Positions 1 to 11,921 of a DNA stretch of 63,954 bases are shown here, piece by piece. The DNA is taken from assembly GCF_004010195.1 (NCBI RefSeq), contig NC_057711.1, forward strand, positions 73,102,018 through 73,165,971. Direction: 5' to 3'. How positions within the stretch are numbered: position 1 is the first letter of the stretch; every line of letters begins with the position of its first letter. The notes beneath the pieces were generated by a model. The model did no database searches. It had not been told where the DNA came from and saw only the letters and a list, made by a program, of their open reading frames with translations. The position numbers and the translations under genes are program-made. The DNA is from Chiloscyllium plagiosum (taxonomy: Eukaryota).

Positions 1-160
1 TGGCAGATATGGAAGTATCCCTTGGGGCCTTGGAGGGAAGTAAGGGGGGAGGTGTGGGCGCAAGTTTTGCATTTCTTGCGGTTGCAGGGGAAGGTGCCAG
101 GAGTGGAGGTTGGGTTGGTGGGGGGTGTGGACCTGACGAGGGAGTCACGGAGGGAGTGGG
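1..160 (-). mobile_element. Penelope-like element (PLE) fragment, region preceding the GIY-YIG domain
   Basis: Minus-strand translation reads HSLRDSLVRSTPPTNPTSTPGTFPCNRKKCKTCAHTSPLTSLQGPKG. This resembles the Cys-containing linker of vertebrate PLEs. Truncated by the window edge. Confidence 0.65.
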
Positions 161-986
161 CTTTACAGACCACTCACTCTCTGGGTCACCATTGGAACAA
201 TCTAAAATAAAAGTTCCTATATAAAAAGAAACGACCACTCAACAACTAATAGTATTAAGTATTTTGATACCAAACGTGCCAGCTCGCACTTTATAAACCA
301 ACTTCATGCATTTACAGCATCTGTTCTTACAACAATCCAGCAAAGAACCAACTCATTTCTAACGTTTATTGTAATTATTTTTGAGCAGTTAACAAATTCC
401 ATTGTCAGAGAACCAGTCGTGTTGAGAAAACCCCAATTTAAAAGAAAAAAAAAAATGACTGGTTAAAATGTTACCCACCAAGAGAGGCATCTGACAGATT
501 GATTTAAAATAGAAGTTTAAGGCGGCGATCAGGCAAATCGGGTAGGCCCAGGTGACTGAAAGCTCTGTCAGCGAATGAAGGACTAAACTGTGAGATTGCA
601 AAGGAGTCCCAAAATGTAAAACAAAAAAGACATAGGAAGTTACAGAAATAGGATGGGCTGAGACCATGGATAGATTTGCAACAATAAAGAATTTCAAACT
701 CACCAACTAAGAACTCGATGTTACTCAAGCAGGCCCTACTTCAAAATAAAATGGAGGCTGCCCAGTATTGGGTGAATTGCTAGTGTACCAAGAAAGAACT
801 TGAGATTTTGTTTGAAGATGTTATAGAATTCAAAAGATAGAGGCAATTCAACTAGGTTTCTGCTCAATAACGATTCCCAGGATGTCGACAATGTGGGATT
901 TTAACAAGAGAGGCACTGTTGATCATTAGCAGAAAGTAATAACAGGCACCATGGTCTACTCCTTTTCTGTTGAAGATAAAACTTAC

Positions 987-1052
987 ATCAGCCCATACTT
1001 TCCATGCTTCTTTTGCCTTTCGTACAGTCTCTTCATAATCTTCCAAAGTGGC
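987..1052 (-). CDS. ALDH7A1: ALDH7A1 (antiquitin) coding exon 3, ATLEDYEETVRKAKEAWKVWAD; gene continues beyond the left edge
   Basis: 66-bp exon with ttgcag acceptor and gtaagt donor, phase 0/0. Matches human [22 protein letters not shown]. Confidence 0.95.
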
Positions 1053-1166
1053 CTGCAATATAGCCAAAACAAATTTACATCATCAATATCAGACAATACA
1101 TCTGAACACAACATTAATAATTTAATAGCATTAAGTTTCAAGTCTGAACATTAAAAAGAACATCAC

Positions 1167-1220
1167 CTGTCTTACTCTGGCTATTGGCTCATTGTTTGCA
1201 GGGCAGTAGGAAGTGACAAC
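1167..1220 (-). CDS. ALDH7A1: ALDH7A1 coding exon 2, VVTSYCPANNEPIARVRQ
   Basis: 54-bp exon with ttgtag acceptor and gtgatg donor. Matches human VITTYCPANNEPIARVRQ. A 114-bp intron follows. Confidence 0.95.
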
Positions 1221-1885
1221 CTACAAATAAAGCAGAATAGAATAATTGAATCAATATACAGTCTTTGATAGTCAAAGTCATTGAATCAAAGTTCACCTTT
1301 AATGTAATTATCACTCCGAGAAAAAGTCATACAGAAAGAAGGGCTAAAATAATTCAGAAGAGTTAGGTAAGAGGTTTTGAGGAAACTTTCAAAAAAGCGA
1401 GGAAGACAAATGTTTCAAGAGATAGTTTCAGACAGGATGAAGGTAAAATTGTGAATACAGGTCAATGAATGAAAAATACATAAATAGAAGGGGGACTGTG
1501 AATATTGACAGGTTTGCTGTTACAGCATGTTAGTTTTCTGTGTTCCTTGTATGTGTTCAAAGTCTCCCTGAATATCAATATTTAGAAGTTCACTTCTTTT
1601 ATAATACTTGCTTTTGTTCTTATAGCCAAAATGGATAACCTCCCACTCACCCATATTTTACTATGTCAGCCACCTTGTTGCCCAGTCACATTGAGCATGC
1701 ATGAGCACCACTTTTACCAATTATTTAAAAGATTTATTTCAGGAAATCAACTGTATTCATAAAAAGAATGTGGTGGATGCTGTATATATAACTTTTAAAA
1801 GGCACTTGTTGAATTACCACAAGGAAATCTGAAAGAATTATTAATGGATGTGATATTGTTAGGAATGTACTCACATGATAGACAA

Positions 1886-2015
1886 CAAAGTTAAAAGTCA
1901 CACAACACCAGGTTATGGTCCATCAGGTTTATTTGGAATCACCAGCTTTTGAAGGTAACCACCTGATGAAGAAGCAGCACTTTGAAACTAGTGATTCCAA
2001 ATAAATCTGGGACTA
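1886..2015 (+). mobile_element. Fold-back PLE-derived mini-element with degenerate hammerhead motif
   Basis: Inverted arms tttatttggaatcac...gtgattccaaataaa surround CTGATGA (1963-1969)...GAAA (1984-1987). Same family as 49121-49285. Confidence 0.55.
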
Positions 2016-3419
2016 AACAAAGGTGCACAATAATTAAATCTGATTCATTTCAGTGTTCTCACTATTCTCCAAGACAGGAGTTGTTTTTAAGGGCCCATTT
2101 ATAACATCTGCTACTGGTCTATTCCTCCTGCCAGATTCTCACCCTCTGCTTGTCTGACAGATGTTTGAAGGCTGACTTCCACAGCCTTTTTGAGAGAAAT
2201 CATAGAGAGAAAATCCCAACAAACAAAAATCCTCAGTACAACCTATCCCCATTGAATAATGGCATAGCTAGGATGTACTCGATGGATTCAAATTAATGAA
2301 TTTTAGTTTCAAAATTATATGTGAGAGATTTGTTGGCTTATAATTGGTATTCCTGTTGCATCTCCTTGCTACAAATCATTTTCTTTCTACAATTGGTTTC
2401 CTTGCATTCTGAACAGTCTAAGCCCAAAAGTTTAACCTTCATATCTCCTTTCAGCAATGTTTTGAATTCTGAAATAAGACTGCAAAATTCTGGAAATGTC
2501 CATCAAAGCAACATATGTAGAGAGAAAAACAGTTAACATTTCAGGTCAATGATGTTGACCTGATCGATGAACCATTAACTTTTTTTTTCTTCTCACCAGC
2601 CTAAATTGAGTATTTCAATCCTCACTTTCACTTATTTCAATAATTTGCTAATCTTACTTCTGATTAGTTTAGAATGGGGCCAAAAGGCTGCTATTTGGCA
2701 TTTAACCTATTCACCACCTCCTACTTATGCAGCACTCCTGATATGCCAGATGGTCAAATCCTTGGAATTTTGGTGCAGCAACACCACAGGCAAAAGAAGA
2801 GTTAAAAAAGATGAGCCAAAATGGTGCAACTATTACAAAAATTGAATTAAATACTTAAACTCCGGATTTGATAGCTTTTCTGTACATATTAGACATGCAA
2901 ATCAACAGTACTGTAGGGAGTACTGTGCATTTCCTTGTGCATTACTGAAACCAACTCAGTGAAAATCAGAATAATCTGAAACTATTATCGAGGGTTCTTC
3001 CAGCCATTTCGTTGTAAAAAGTATTGCAGATAGGTATAGGTTTTGACTGGATAGGAAGTTGCATAATGAATCCTCTAAGAATACATAGAAAGCTGCAGTC
3101 TAGCCGTTGAGTGAATCTCCGCGCAAACTGCAGGACCGTCTGACCTTACAAACGTCAAACTAAAACAGCAACTCCAACACTACTTACTGCTCAAAAGTCA
3201 AAAAGCACTCAATTATTGTGTGAAACTGGAGAAAGAAAGGTTAAAAAGAAAGATTAGTCTGAAATATTAGTCCATGATCCAAAAGAAGGTGGCTGCCAGA
3301 ACTTGCTCGGGCAGGGGTCAGGCTTTCTGGGTGAAATCCGGTTTGCAATAGGCCGTACTACAAAGCTTTAGCGACAGCAAGTGCTTCTCTGGAAGAGCTG
3401 TCTCTCTGCCGCTGCTCAC

Positions 3420-3608
3420 CTCTCCTCGCCCTCCCCAGATCCCGTTAAAAACGCCGGAGTTGTCCTCCTTCAGACCCAGCTCTTTAAGCCAGGCGTAGTC
3501 GGGCCGCTGGATGAGTAAGCTGGACATAGCTGCAGACAGCCTCCAGCCACAGAAAGCCTTCTTCCCTCGGAGCAAAGGCCTCGCGAGGGACAGCGTTACT
3601 CGCTGCAT
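3420..3608 (-). CDS. ALDH7A1: ALDH7A1 coding exon 1 (63 codons), including a putative mitochondrial presequence and a second in-frame ATG at 3527
   Basis: [63 protein letters not shown] followed by a gtgag donor. Matches human [36 protein letters not shown]. Confidence 0.95.
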
Positions 3609-3830
3609 CCTATCAGCAGAGCAACGCAAAATCGCAATTGATTAAGCAATCGCACACACTTCGCAGCAATCTGTAGAACGCAGCCTGCGCCTGTGTGATT
3701 GGCAGCAGCGCATGCTGCCCACGTACAAGGACAAGGCAATGATGCAAAGCGCTGGAAGCGTGAGTTGCACATCAGCGTGATCCTGGATTGCCAGCCTTGC
3801 CCTGGACTCCGTTATTCTAAAAATAGAACA
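3609..3830 (-). promoter_or_regulatory. CpG-rich ALDH7A1 5'UTR/proximal promoter
   Basis: Locally high CpG. CCAAT box (ATTGG on +, 3698-3702) and partial NRF1-like GCGCATGC (3708-3715). TSS not determinable from sequence. Confidence 0.5.
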
Positions 3831-4081
3831 GTAGCACATTGACTGACTGTGCACTCCCATTATAAAGAGGGGTAAATAAATACCCAATTCGATTTAAAGC
3901 ATTTCCCTTTCTGCGTTTACAATAGATAGTCTCTAATATATAGTGAAACGTCACTGAAGCAGTAGACAAGTTTTAACATGAAGCTGCATTTTAATGCACA
4001 AAAGCTTGATCGTTTTTAAGGAGGGTGTTAAAAGAGAGAGAAAGATGGAGAGGAAGCTTAGGGCATCGAACTAGCTGATAA

Positions 4082-4460
4082 AAGTAAGGTCACCATAGTC
4101 CCAGATCGCTCTGTCATCAGAGATAGGCTACTGGTGGTGGTTTAAGCTGAGGGTCACCACACCTCAGGCAAGGGGAGTGGTTAAAGAGGAGTGTCCTTCA
4201 TAGGAGAAAGTGAGGACTGCAGTGCTGGAGATCAGAGCTGAAAAATGTGTTGCTGGAAAAGCGCAGCAGGTCAAGCAGTATCCAAGGAGCAGGAGAATCC
4301 TGAAGAAGGGCTTATGCACGAAACGTCGATTCTCCTGCTCCTTGGATGCTGCCTGACCTGCTGTGCTTTTCCAGCAACACATTTTTCAGTGTCCTTCATA
4401 GTCAGCTTTGCCAAGGCAGTAAATGAACCTATACTGTTGGTATCACTCGGTGTCACGTGA
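4082..4460 (-). mobile_element. Old tRNA-derived SINE interrupted by the 4203-4388 insertion
   Basis: Shares the ctgagggtcaccacacctcaggc core with a second copy at about 43850-44070, which keeps a tRNA-like head. Confidence 0.55.
4203..4388 (+). mobile_element. Fold-back PLE-derived mini-element with a type I hammerhead-ribozyme core at the apex
   Basis: 62-nt inverted arms (4238-4299 / 4328-4389) enclose CTGAAGA-A-GGGC-TTAT-GCAC-GAAA-CGTC. Flanking direct repeat agtgtccttcatag at 4190-4203 and 4388-4401. Confidence 0.75.
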
Positions 4461-5189
4461 CCCCCCTACTAGTTGATAGGACCGTTATGATGGAAAGAAT
4501 ATCAGGGTGCACAAGCCAAAATTGAAGGCATGTGAAGTTCTTAGAGGATTGTAGATGATGTTCCATCTATTTGTTCCTTTGTCTGGTCACTGCATTAGGT
4601 AATTATTTCATGATTGCTGCCATTGGCCTTGCCCATGTGTTAAAAGGACCAGTGGTTTATACAATTTGTTTGATTTACTGGGCTTATGGGTTGCTGCTCA
4701 CCAACCAACCTGGCTGTACATTTTAGAATGAGTATCAGTTCTCATGTTGGAAAAGATTTGAGACATGAGGGACAGGGCCATGGGGAGATTTAAACACAAC
4801 GATGGGTAAACAGGACTTGGTGCATGTTAGGAAACTGCCAACTGAGTTTGATGAAGAGAAGTTTACAAAGGGTGCAACACAGGTGCCCACTCAGAAAAGC
4901 ATTGGAATAGTTGATTATGGGGGTACAGAATTAACCTGGAACTACATCCATGGCAAAGAAAGAACAAAAAGAAAGCCATAGAAAATGCTTTCAGGAGCAG
5001 AGGGTCTGAGGTAGGAGGGCAGTTCGGTAGTATTGAAGAAATGAAAAAATTACTATGATCAGAGTTTTACTACTATTCAATCCCACCCAACATTAACTTT
5101 CTCAGATGTGTTCCCTTTTAGACTTCGTAACCAAAGTGACCGCTTGATTCATTATGAAGAATTTGGAAACATTTCAAGGAAATAATAGG

Positions 5190-5560
5190 ACCATACGATA
5201 CAAGGACAGAATAAGGCCATTCAGACAATTGAATCTGCTCTGCTATTTGTTCATGGCTAATACGTTTCTCACTCCCAATTTCCTGCCTTCTCTCAGTAAC
5301 CTTTGATCCCCTTACTAATCAAGAACCTATCTATCTGTCTGAAATACACTCAATGACATAGCCTCCAAATCCTTCTGTGACAATGAGTTCCATAGATTCA
5401 CCACCTTCTGGTTGAAGAAATTCCTCCTCATCTCAGTTCTAAAGGGTCATCCCTTCACTCTGAGGCTGTGTTCTTGGGTCTTAGTCCAATTCTATCCAGG
5501 CCTCTCAGTATTCTGTAAGTTTCAGTGAGATTTCCGCTCATCCTTTTAAACTCCATCGAG
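5190..5560 (-). mobile_element. CR1 LINE 3' fragment
   Basis: Reverse-complemented RT C-terminal region and 3'UTR similar to the other CR1 copies in the window. Confidence 0.65.
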
Positions 5561-7657
5561 TGCAGACACAGCAACAAATTAAAAATTTAATTTCAAGTTG
5601 TCAAGTCACTGATAATATCAAAATAGAACAGAAGGAATTCAATTGGGGACTTAAAAAGATAAACTTATATCAGGTAAAAATTAATGTTTTTTTAAAGTCA
5701 GTCGTAAGGAATAGCAATATTGTTCCAAGTCAGAATGGCGTGTGACGTGGAGAGGAATTTGTAGGTGGTGGTGTTCCAATACAAATTCCTCATGAAAATT
5801 TGTAGTATACAATAATTTGCTGGGCAGAATTCCCAACCTACAGATTATATTATAGTGTAGAAATACTTAAATATACTTGCACTTATGTCATTTATACCAC
5901 ATGCCATCCTGACTTGGAACAATATTGCTGTTTCTTATCACTGACTGTTAAAAACATTAATTTTTTCAGTGACTTGAAAACTTTGCATTAAATTTTTCAT
6001 CTGTTGATGTTAATTTGAAAAATAAATTGGGATCCATGCACCTTTCCAGGTCACACCATTGAAGACTGTCCTGCAATTTATAACCTAGAACATCGAACAC
6101 AGAACATTACAGCACAGTAATGGGTTCTTCGGCCCTCGATGCTACACTGACCTGTGAAACCCATCTAACCTACACTATTCCATTCTCATCCATATGCCTA
6201 TCCAATGACCATTTAAATGTCCTTAAAGTTGGTGAATCTTCTACTATTTCAGGCAGTGCGCTCCACGCCCTACTACTCTCTGAGTATAGAAACTACCTCT
6301 GACATCTAATCTATATCTATCACCCCTCAATTTAAAATTATGTCCCGTCATGCTAGCAATCACCACCCAAGGAAAAAGGCTCTCACTGTCCAACCTATCA
6401 AACGCCCTGATTATCTTATATGTTTCAATGAAGTCGCCTCTCAACCTTCTTTTCTCTAATGAAAACAGCTTGAAGTCCCTCCACCTTTCCTCATAAGACC
6501 TTCCCTCCATACCAGGCAACATCCGAGGAGATATAGCTTCCATATCTTTCCGGTAATGCGGTGACCAGAACTGTACGCAATACTCCAAATGTGGCTGCAC
6601 CAGAGTTTTGTACAGCTGCAGCATAATCTTGTGGTTCAGAAACTCAATCCCTCGCCCAATAAAAGCTAACACACCGCATGCCTTCTTAACAAATCTATCA
6701 ACCTGGGTGGCAACTTTCATCAGTCAATGTACCTGGACATCGAGATCTCTCTGCTCATCTACACTACCAAGAATCTTAGCATTAGCCCAGTACTCTGCAT
6801 TCCTGTTACTCCTGCCAAAGTAAATCACCTCACACTTGTCCACATTAAATTCCATTTGCCACCTTTCAGCCCAGCTCTGCAGCTTATCTATGTCTCTCTG
6901 TAAACTACAACATTCTTCGTCACACAACTCTACTGACTTTAGTGTAATCCACAAATTTATATAAAATGACAAAAAAAAAGTGGACCCAAAACAGATCCTT
7001 GCGGTACCCCACTAGGAATTGAACTCCAGGATGAATATTTCCCATCAACCACCTTCCTCTGTCTTCTTTCAGCTAGCCAATTTCTGATCCAAGCCGCTAA
7101 ATCATCATCAATCCCATGCCTCTGTATTTTGTACAATAGCCTACCGTGGAGAACCTTAAAAAAAAGCCTTACTAAAATCCATATACACCACATCAACCAC
7201 TTTACCCTCATCCACCTGCTTGGTCACTTTCTCAAAGAACTCAAGAAGGTTGTGAGGCACTGACCTACCCTTCACAAAACCATGTTGACTATCCCTAATC
7301 AACTTATTCCTCTCTAGATGATTATAAATCCTATCTCTTATAACCCTTTCCAACACTTTACCCACAATCAAAGTAAGGCTCACAGGTCTATAGCTTCCAG
7401 GTTTGTCTCTACTTCCTTTCATGAAAAAGGGAACAACATTTGCTATCCTCCAGTCTTCTGGCACTATTCCTGTAGACAATGATGAAATAAAGATCAAAGC
7501 CAAAGGCTTGGCAATCTCCTCCATAGCTTGCCAGAGAATCCTAGGATAAATCCCATCCGGCCCAGGGGACTTATCTATTTTTACACTTTCCAGAATTGCT
7601 AACACCTCCTTCATATGCACCTCAATCCCATCTAGTCTAGTAGCCTGTACCTCAGTA

Positions 7658-8290
7658 TAGGGGAACCTCGATTATCCGAACATGGTGGGTAAGCACTATT
7701 TCGTTTGGATAATCGATTATTTGGTTAATCAATTAAATGCCTTTCGTCTGGGGCTCAGAGTTTTTAAAGTCTGCTCCTCATTCAGCAGACTGCAGCAGCA
7801 CACAGCGCGCGAGGCCCTGCCCAACACCTCCCCCGCCCCAACCCATCCAACACTGCTCCCCGACCCGACACCACCCCCCTCTCCCAACACCGACCCACCC
7901 ACCACAAGACTGCTGCTGCTGCCTTTGTGGGGTAAGTCTCCAAATAGCGTACACACACACACAGCCACAGCCACACACACAACGTTTTACTGCAATGTTT
8001 TGACAGGTTCCACCTTTGCCCTGTACAGGACAATGTTGGAGTGATTATCTGGGGAAGGGGGCCGGGTTAGGGTACACCCTTCTGTAGAACTCCAGAGAAA
8101 ATGTGCGGAGAGAGAGAGAGAGTGGGAGGTCAGTCATTTGGAAATGGTGCCTGTTTAATCAATGTAATCAAAAAACGTGATCACTGTTGGAAACACGTCT
8201 TTGATGTAATGTTTCTATCGGGACCTTGAGATCTCCTTTGGATAATCTGATTTTCTGATAATTGGTATTCGGATAATCGAGGTTTCTCTG
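7658..8290. mobile_element. Non-autonomous Tc1/mariner (pogo/Tigger-type) MITE inserted in CR1
   Basis: TIRs TAGGGGAACCTCGATTATCCGAA ... TTCGGATAATCGAGGTTTCTCTG with TA duplicated at 7656-7657 and 8291-8292. CR1 sequence is continuous across the site. Confidence 0.85.
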
Positions 8291-8923
8291 TATTCACCTC
8301 GACCACATTGTCTTTTTCTAGTGTGAATATAGATGAAAAGTATTCATTTAGCGCTTCCCCTGTCTCCTCTGAATCTATGCACAACTTCCCATTATTATGC
8401 TTGATTGGCCCTAATCTTACACTCGTCATTCTTTTATTCCTGATATAGTTATAGAAAGCTTTAAGGTTTTCCTTGATCCTATCCGCCAATGACTTCTCAC
8501 GTCCCCTCCTGGCTCTTCTTAGCTCTCTCTTCAGGTCTTTCCTGACTAACCTGTAACTCTCAAGCACTCTAGCTGAGCCATCACATCTCATCCCAACATA
8601 AGAAACCATGGCTCCCACTCTCGACAACTTCGTCCCTGCCTGACAGGTACATACTTATCAAGGATCCGCAGTAGCTGGTCCTTGAATAAGTTCCACATTT
8701 CAATTGTGTCCATCCCCTGCAGTTTCCTTCCCCATCCTATGCAGCCTAAATCTTGCCTAATCACATCGTAATTGCCTTTACCCCAGCTATAACTCTTGCC
8801 CTGCAGTATATACCTATCTCTTTCCATCATTAAAGTAAATATAACCAAATTGTGGTCACTATCACCAAAGTGCTCACCTACCTCCAAGTCTAACAACTGG
8901 CCGGTTTCATTACCCAGTTCCAA

Positions 8924-9024
8924 GCCCGAAATTCCTGAAGAAGGGCTAATGCCCGAAACGTCGATTCTCCTGTTCCTTGGATGCTGCCTGACCTGCTGCG
9001 CTTTTCCAGCAACACATTTTCAGC
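8924..9024 (+). mobile_element. Half copy of the PLE-derived hammerhead element inserted in CR1
   Basis: Intact core CTGAAGA-A-GGGC-TAAT-GCCC-GAAA-CGTC (8935-8962), followed by the same arm as 4328-4389. Confidence 0.7.
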
Positions 9025-10309
9025 CCAAATCTAATGTGGCCTCGCTCCTTGTTGGCCTGTCTACATACTATGTCAGGAAACCCTCCCGCACATATTGGAC
9101 AAAAACTGACCCGTCTAAAGTACTTGAACAATAATATTCTCAGTAAATATTTGGAAAATTAAAGACCCCCATAACAACTACTCTGTCACTCTTGTTCCTA
9201 TTGAGAATCATCTTTGCTATTCTGTCCTCTACATATCTGGGACTATTTGGAGGCCTATAGAAAACTCCCAACAGGGTAACCTCTGCTTTCCTATTTGTAA
9301 TCTCAGCCCATACTATCTCAGTAGACGAGTCCTCAAATGTCCTTTCTGCAACCATAATACTGTCCTTGATTAACAGTGCCGCACCAACCTCTCTTTTACC
9401 ATTTTCTTTGTTCTTACTGAAGCATGTAAATCCCAGAACCTGCAAAAACCATCCCTGTCCCTGTTCTACCCACGTCATTGAAATGGCCACGACATCGAAA
9501 TCCCAGGTACCAACCCATGCTGCAAGTTCACCCACCTTAATCTGGATGCTCCTGGCATTGAAGTAGATACACTTCAAGCCAATTTCTTGCATGCTGGTGC
9601 CTTCTTGCGATCTTGAAATCTTAATTCTGACTTCACTACTCTCATCTTCCCATATATTCGAACTACAATTTTGGTTCCCATCCCCCTGCTGAATTAGTTT
9701 AAACCCACCCAAAGGGCATTAGCAAATTTCCTCCCCAGGATATTGGTACCCCTCTGGTTCAGGTGAAGACCATCTTGTTTGTAGAGGTCCAACCAAACCC
9801 AGAAAGGGCCCTAATTATCCACGAATCCAAAACCCTTCCTCCTGCACAAACCCTGTTCTCTCTCTCATTTACATCTTATTGTTCATTCCTTATTTAGTAC
9901 ATTTCAGATTATTTAGCAGCTGAATTCAATCTCCATAAGATAAATACAATCTCTTGAACTGAACAGAAATGAAATTAGTAAGTTTGGAAACTGCAGAAAT
10001 TGAAGCTGTTCAGATAAGAAGTAATAAATTGGCAATATTTAGAACATTGAGCAAAGAACAATACAGCACAGAACAGGCCCTTTGGCCCTCGGTGTTGCGC
10101 GACCTGTAAACTATTCTCAACTCGTCCCCCTACACTATCCCAAAATCATCTATGTGATTATCTAACGATTGTTTAAATCTCCCTAATGTGGCTGAGTTGA
10201 CTACATTAGCAGGTAGGGCATTCCACGCCCTTACCACTCTCTGTGTAAAGAACCTGCCTCTGACATCTCTCTTAGATCTATCTCCCCTCAATTTGTAGTT
10301 ATGCCCCCT

Positions 10310-10788
10310 TGTGGTGTAAAATTCCAAGCAGTGGAATGTGGTGAAACGGTTAAAAATTATGTCCCAATACATGTGTGAATCTAACCGGAATGGAGGTGTT
10401 GCTTAGTCCCGTGTGAATCTTATTACACACCTCCCCGTGTGAATCTTCTTATCTGTATGTAACCAGAATGGAATGTGTTTTTTAGCCTTGCTCTGCTGTT
10501 CACATGAATGTTTATATCTGGAAAAGAGTATATCAGCTGGAAAAGTCTCCAGTTCGGTGAGTCTGCTCCGGGGTTACGTTTAACCGCCGAGCGTGGGTTG
10601 TTGGCAACCGCTCTACGAGAACTGACGGCTCCCAGTTCCGGTAACATGTAGAGTGAGTATAAGCCAGACCCGTTGTGGCGACGCTGCGGGGAATAAAATG
10701 CCCATATTCTAGCAGACTCGCCTCTTGGTCGTTTGTTCTGTGTCAGACTACTCTCCTACGAACCTGACCTTGAGAATTTTTTAAAACA
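10310..10788 (+). mobile_element. Solo LTR (479 bp) of an LTR retrotransposon or endogenous retrovirus
   Basis: TG...CA ends with imperfect terminal IR (TGTGGTGTAAAATTC / GAATTTTTTAAAACA). 5-bp TSD cccct (10305-10309, 10789-10793). TATA-like TATAAG 10658 and AATAAA 10692. Confidence 0.85.
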
Positions 10789-11921
10789 CCCCTCATACAA
10801 GCTGAAGCCATCATCCTAGGAAAAAGACTTTCACTGTCTAACCTATCTAATCCTCTGATCATCTTGTATGTCTCTATCAAATCCCCTCTTAGCCTTCTTC
10901 TTTGCCAATGAGAACAGGTTCAAGTCTCTCAGCCTTTCCTCATAAGACCTTCCTTCCAGACGAGGCAACATCCTGGTAAAGCTCCTCTGAACCTTGTCCA
11001 ATGCTTCCACATCCTTCCCGAAATATGGGGACCAGAAGTGTACACAATATTCCAACTGTGGTCGCACCAGCGTTTTGTATAGTTGCAGCATGATATTGCG
11101 GTTCCAGAACTCAATCCCTCTACTAATAAAACCTAACACACTGTATGCCTTCGTAACAGCACTATCCACCTGGGTGGCAACTTTCAGGGACCTATGTACA
11201 CGGACTCCAAGATCCCTCTGCACATCCACACTACCAAGAATCTCTGCCTTCCTGTTATTCTTACCAAAGTGCATCACCTCACATATAGCTGCATAAAACT
11301 CCATTTGCCACCTCTCAGCCCAATTCTGCAGTTTATCCAAGTCCCCCTGCAACCTGTAACATTCTTCCACATTGTCTACTATTCCATCGACTTTAGTGTC
11401 ATCTGCAAATTTAATAATTCATCCACCTATACCTGCGTCTAAGTCATTCATAAAAATGACAAACAGCAGTGGTCCCAAAACAGATCCCTGTGGCATACCA
11501 CTAGTAACCGGACTCCAGATTGAATATTTTCCATCAACCACCATACGCTGCCTTCAAACTGCTAAATCACCCTCAATTCCATGCCTCTGCATTTTCTCCA
11601 ACAGCCTACCATGTGGAATCTTATCAAAGGCTTTACTGAAGTCCATGTATACCACATCAACTGCTCTACCCTCATTTACATGCTTGGTCACCTTCTCAAA
11701 AAACTCAATGAGGTTTGTGAGACACGACCTGCCCTTGACGAAACCATGTTGACGATCTGAAATCAAATTGTTGTTTGCTAGATGATTATAAATCCTATCT
11801 CTTATAATTCTTTCCAAAACCTTTCCTACAACAGAAGTAAGGCTCACTGGTCTATAATTACCTGGGTCATCTCTGCTGCCCTTCTTGAACAAGGGCACAA
11901 CATTTGCAATCCTCCAGTCCT

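Larger units (their letters stand above)
6085..9860 (-). mobile_element. CR1-clade LINE (HER1-like), decayed ORF2 (APE endonuclease + RT)
   Basis: ORF pieces [59 protein letters not shown]. (agaac)n-type 3' tail near 6087. Frameshifts and two nested insertions. Confidence 0.92.

Noticed and set aside
3609-3629. ORF-track start MRCSADR for ALDH7A1
   Set aside because: It begins at a TTG from a bacterial-style start table; the first ATG is at 3608.
7682-8044. Cluster of 66-120 aa ORFs on both strands
   Set aside because: Low-complexity C-rich interior of the MITE, with no transposase motifs.
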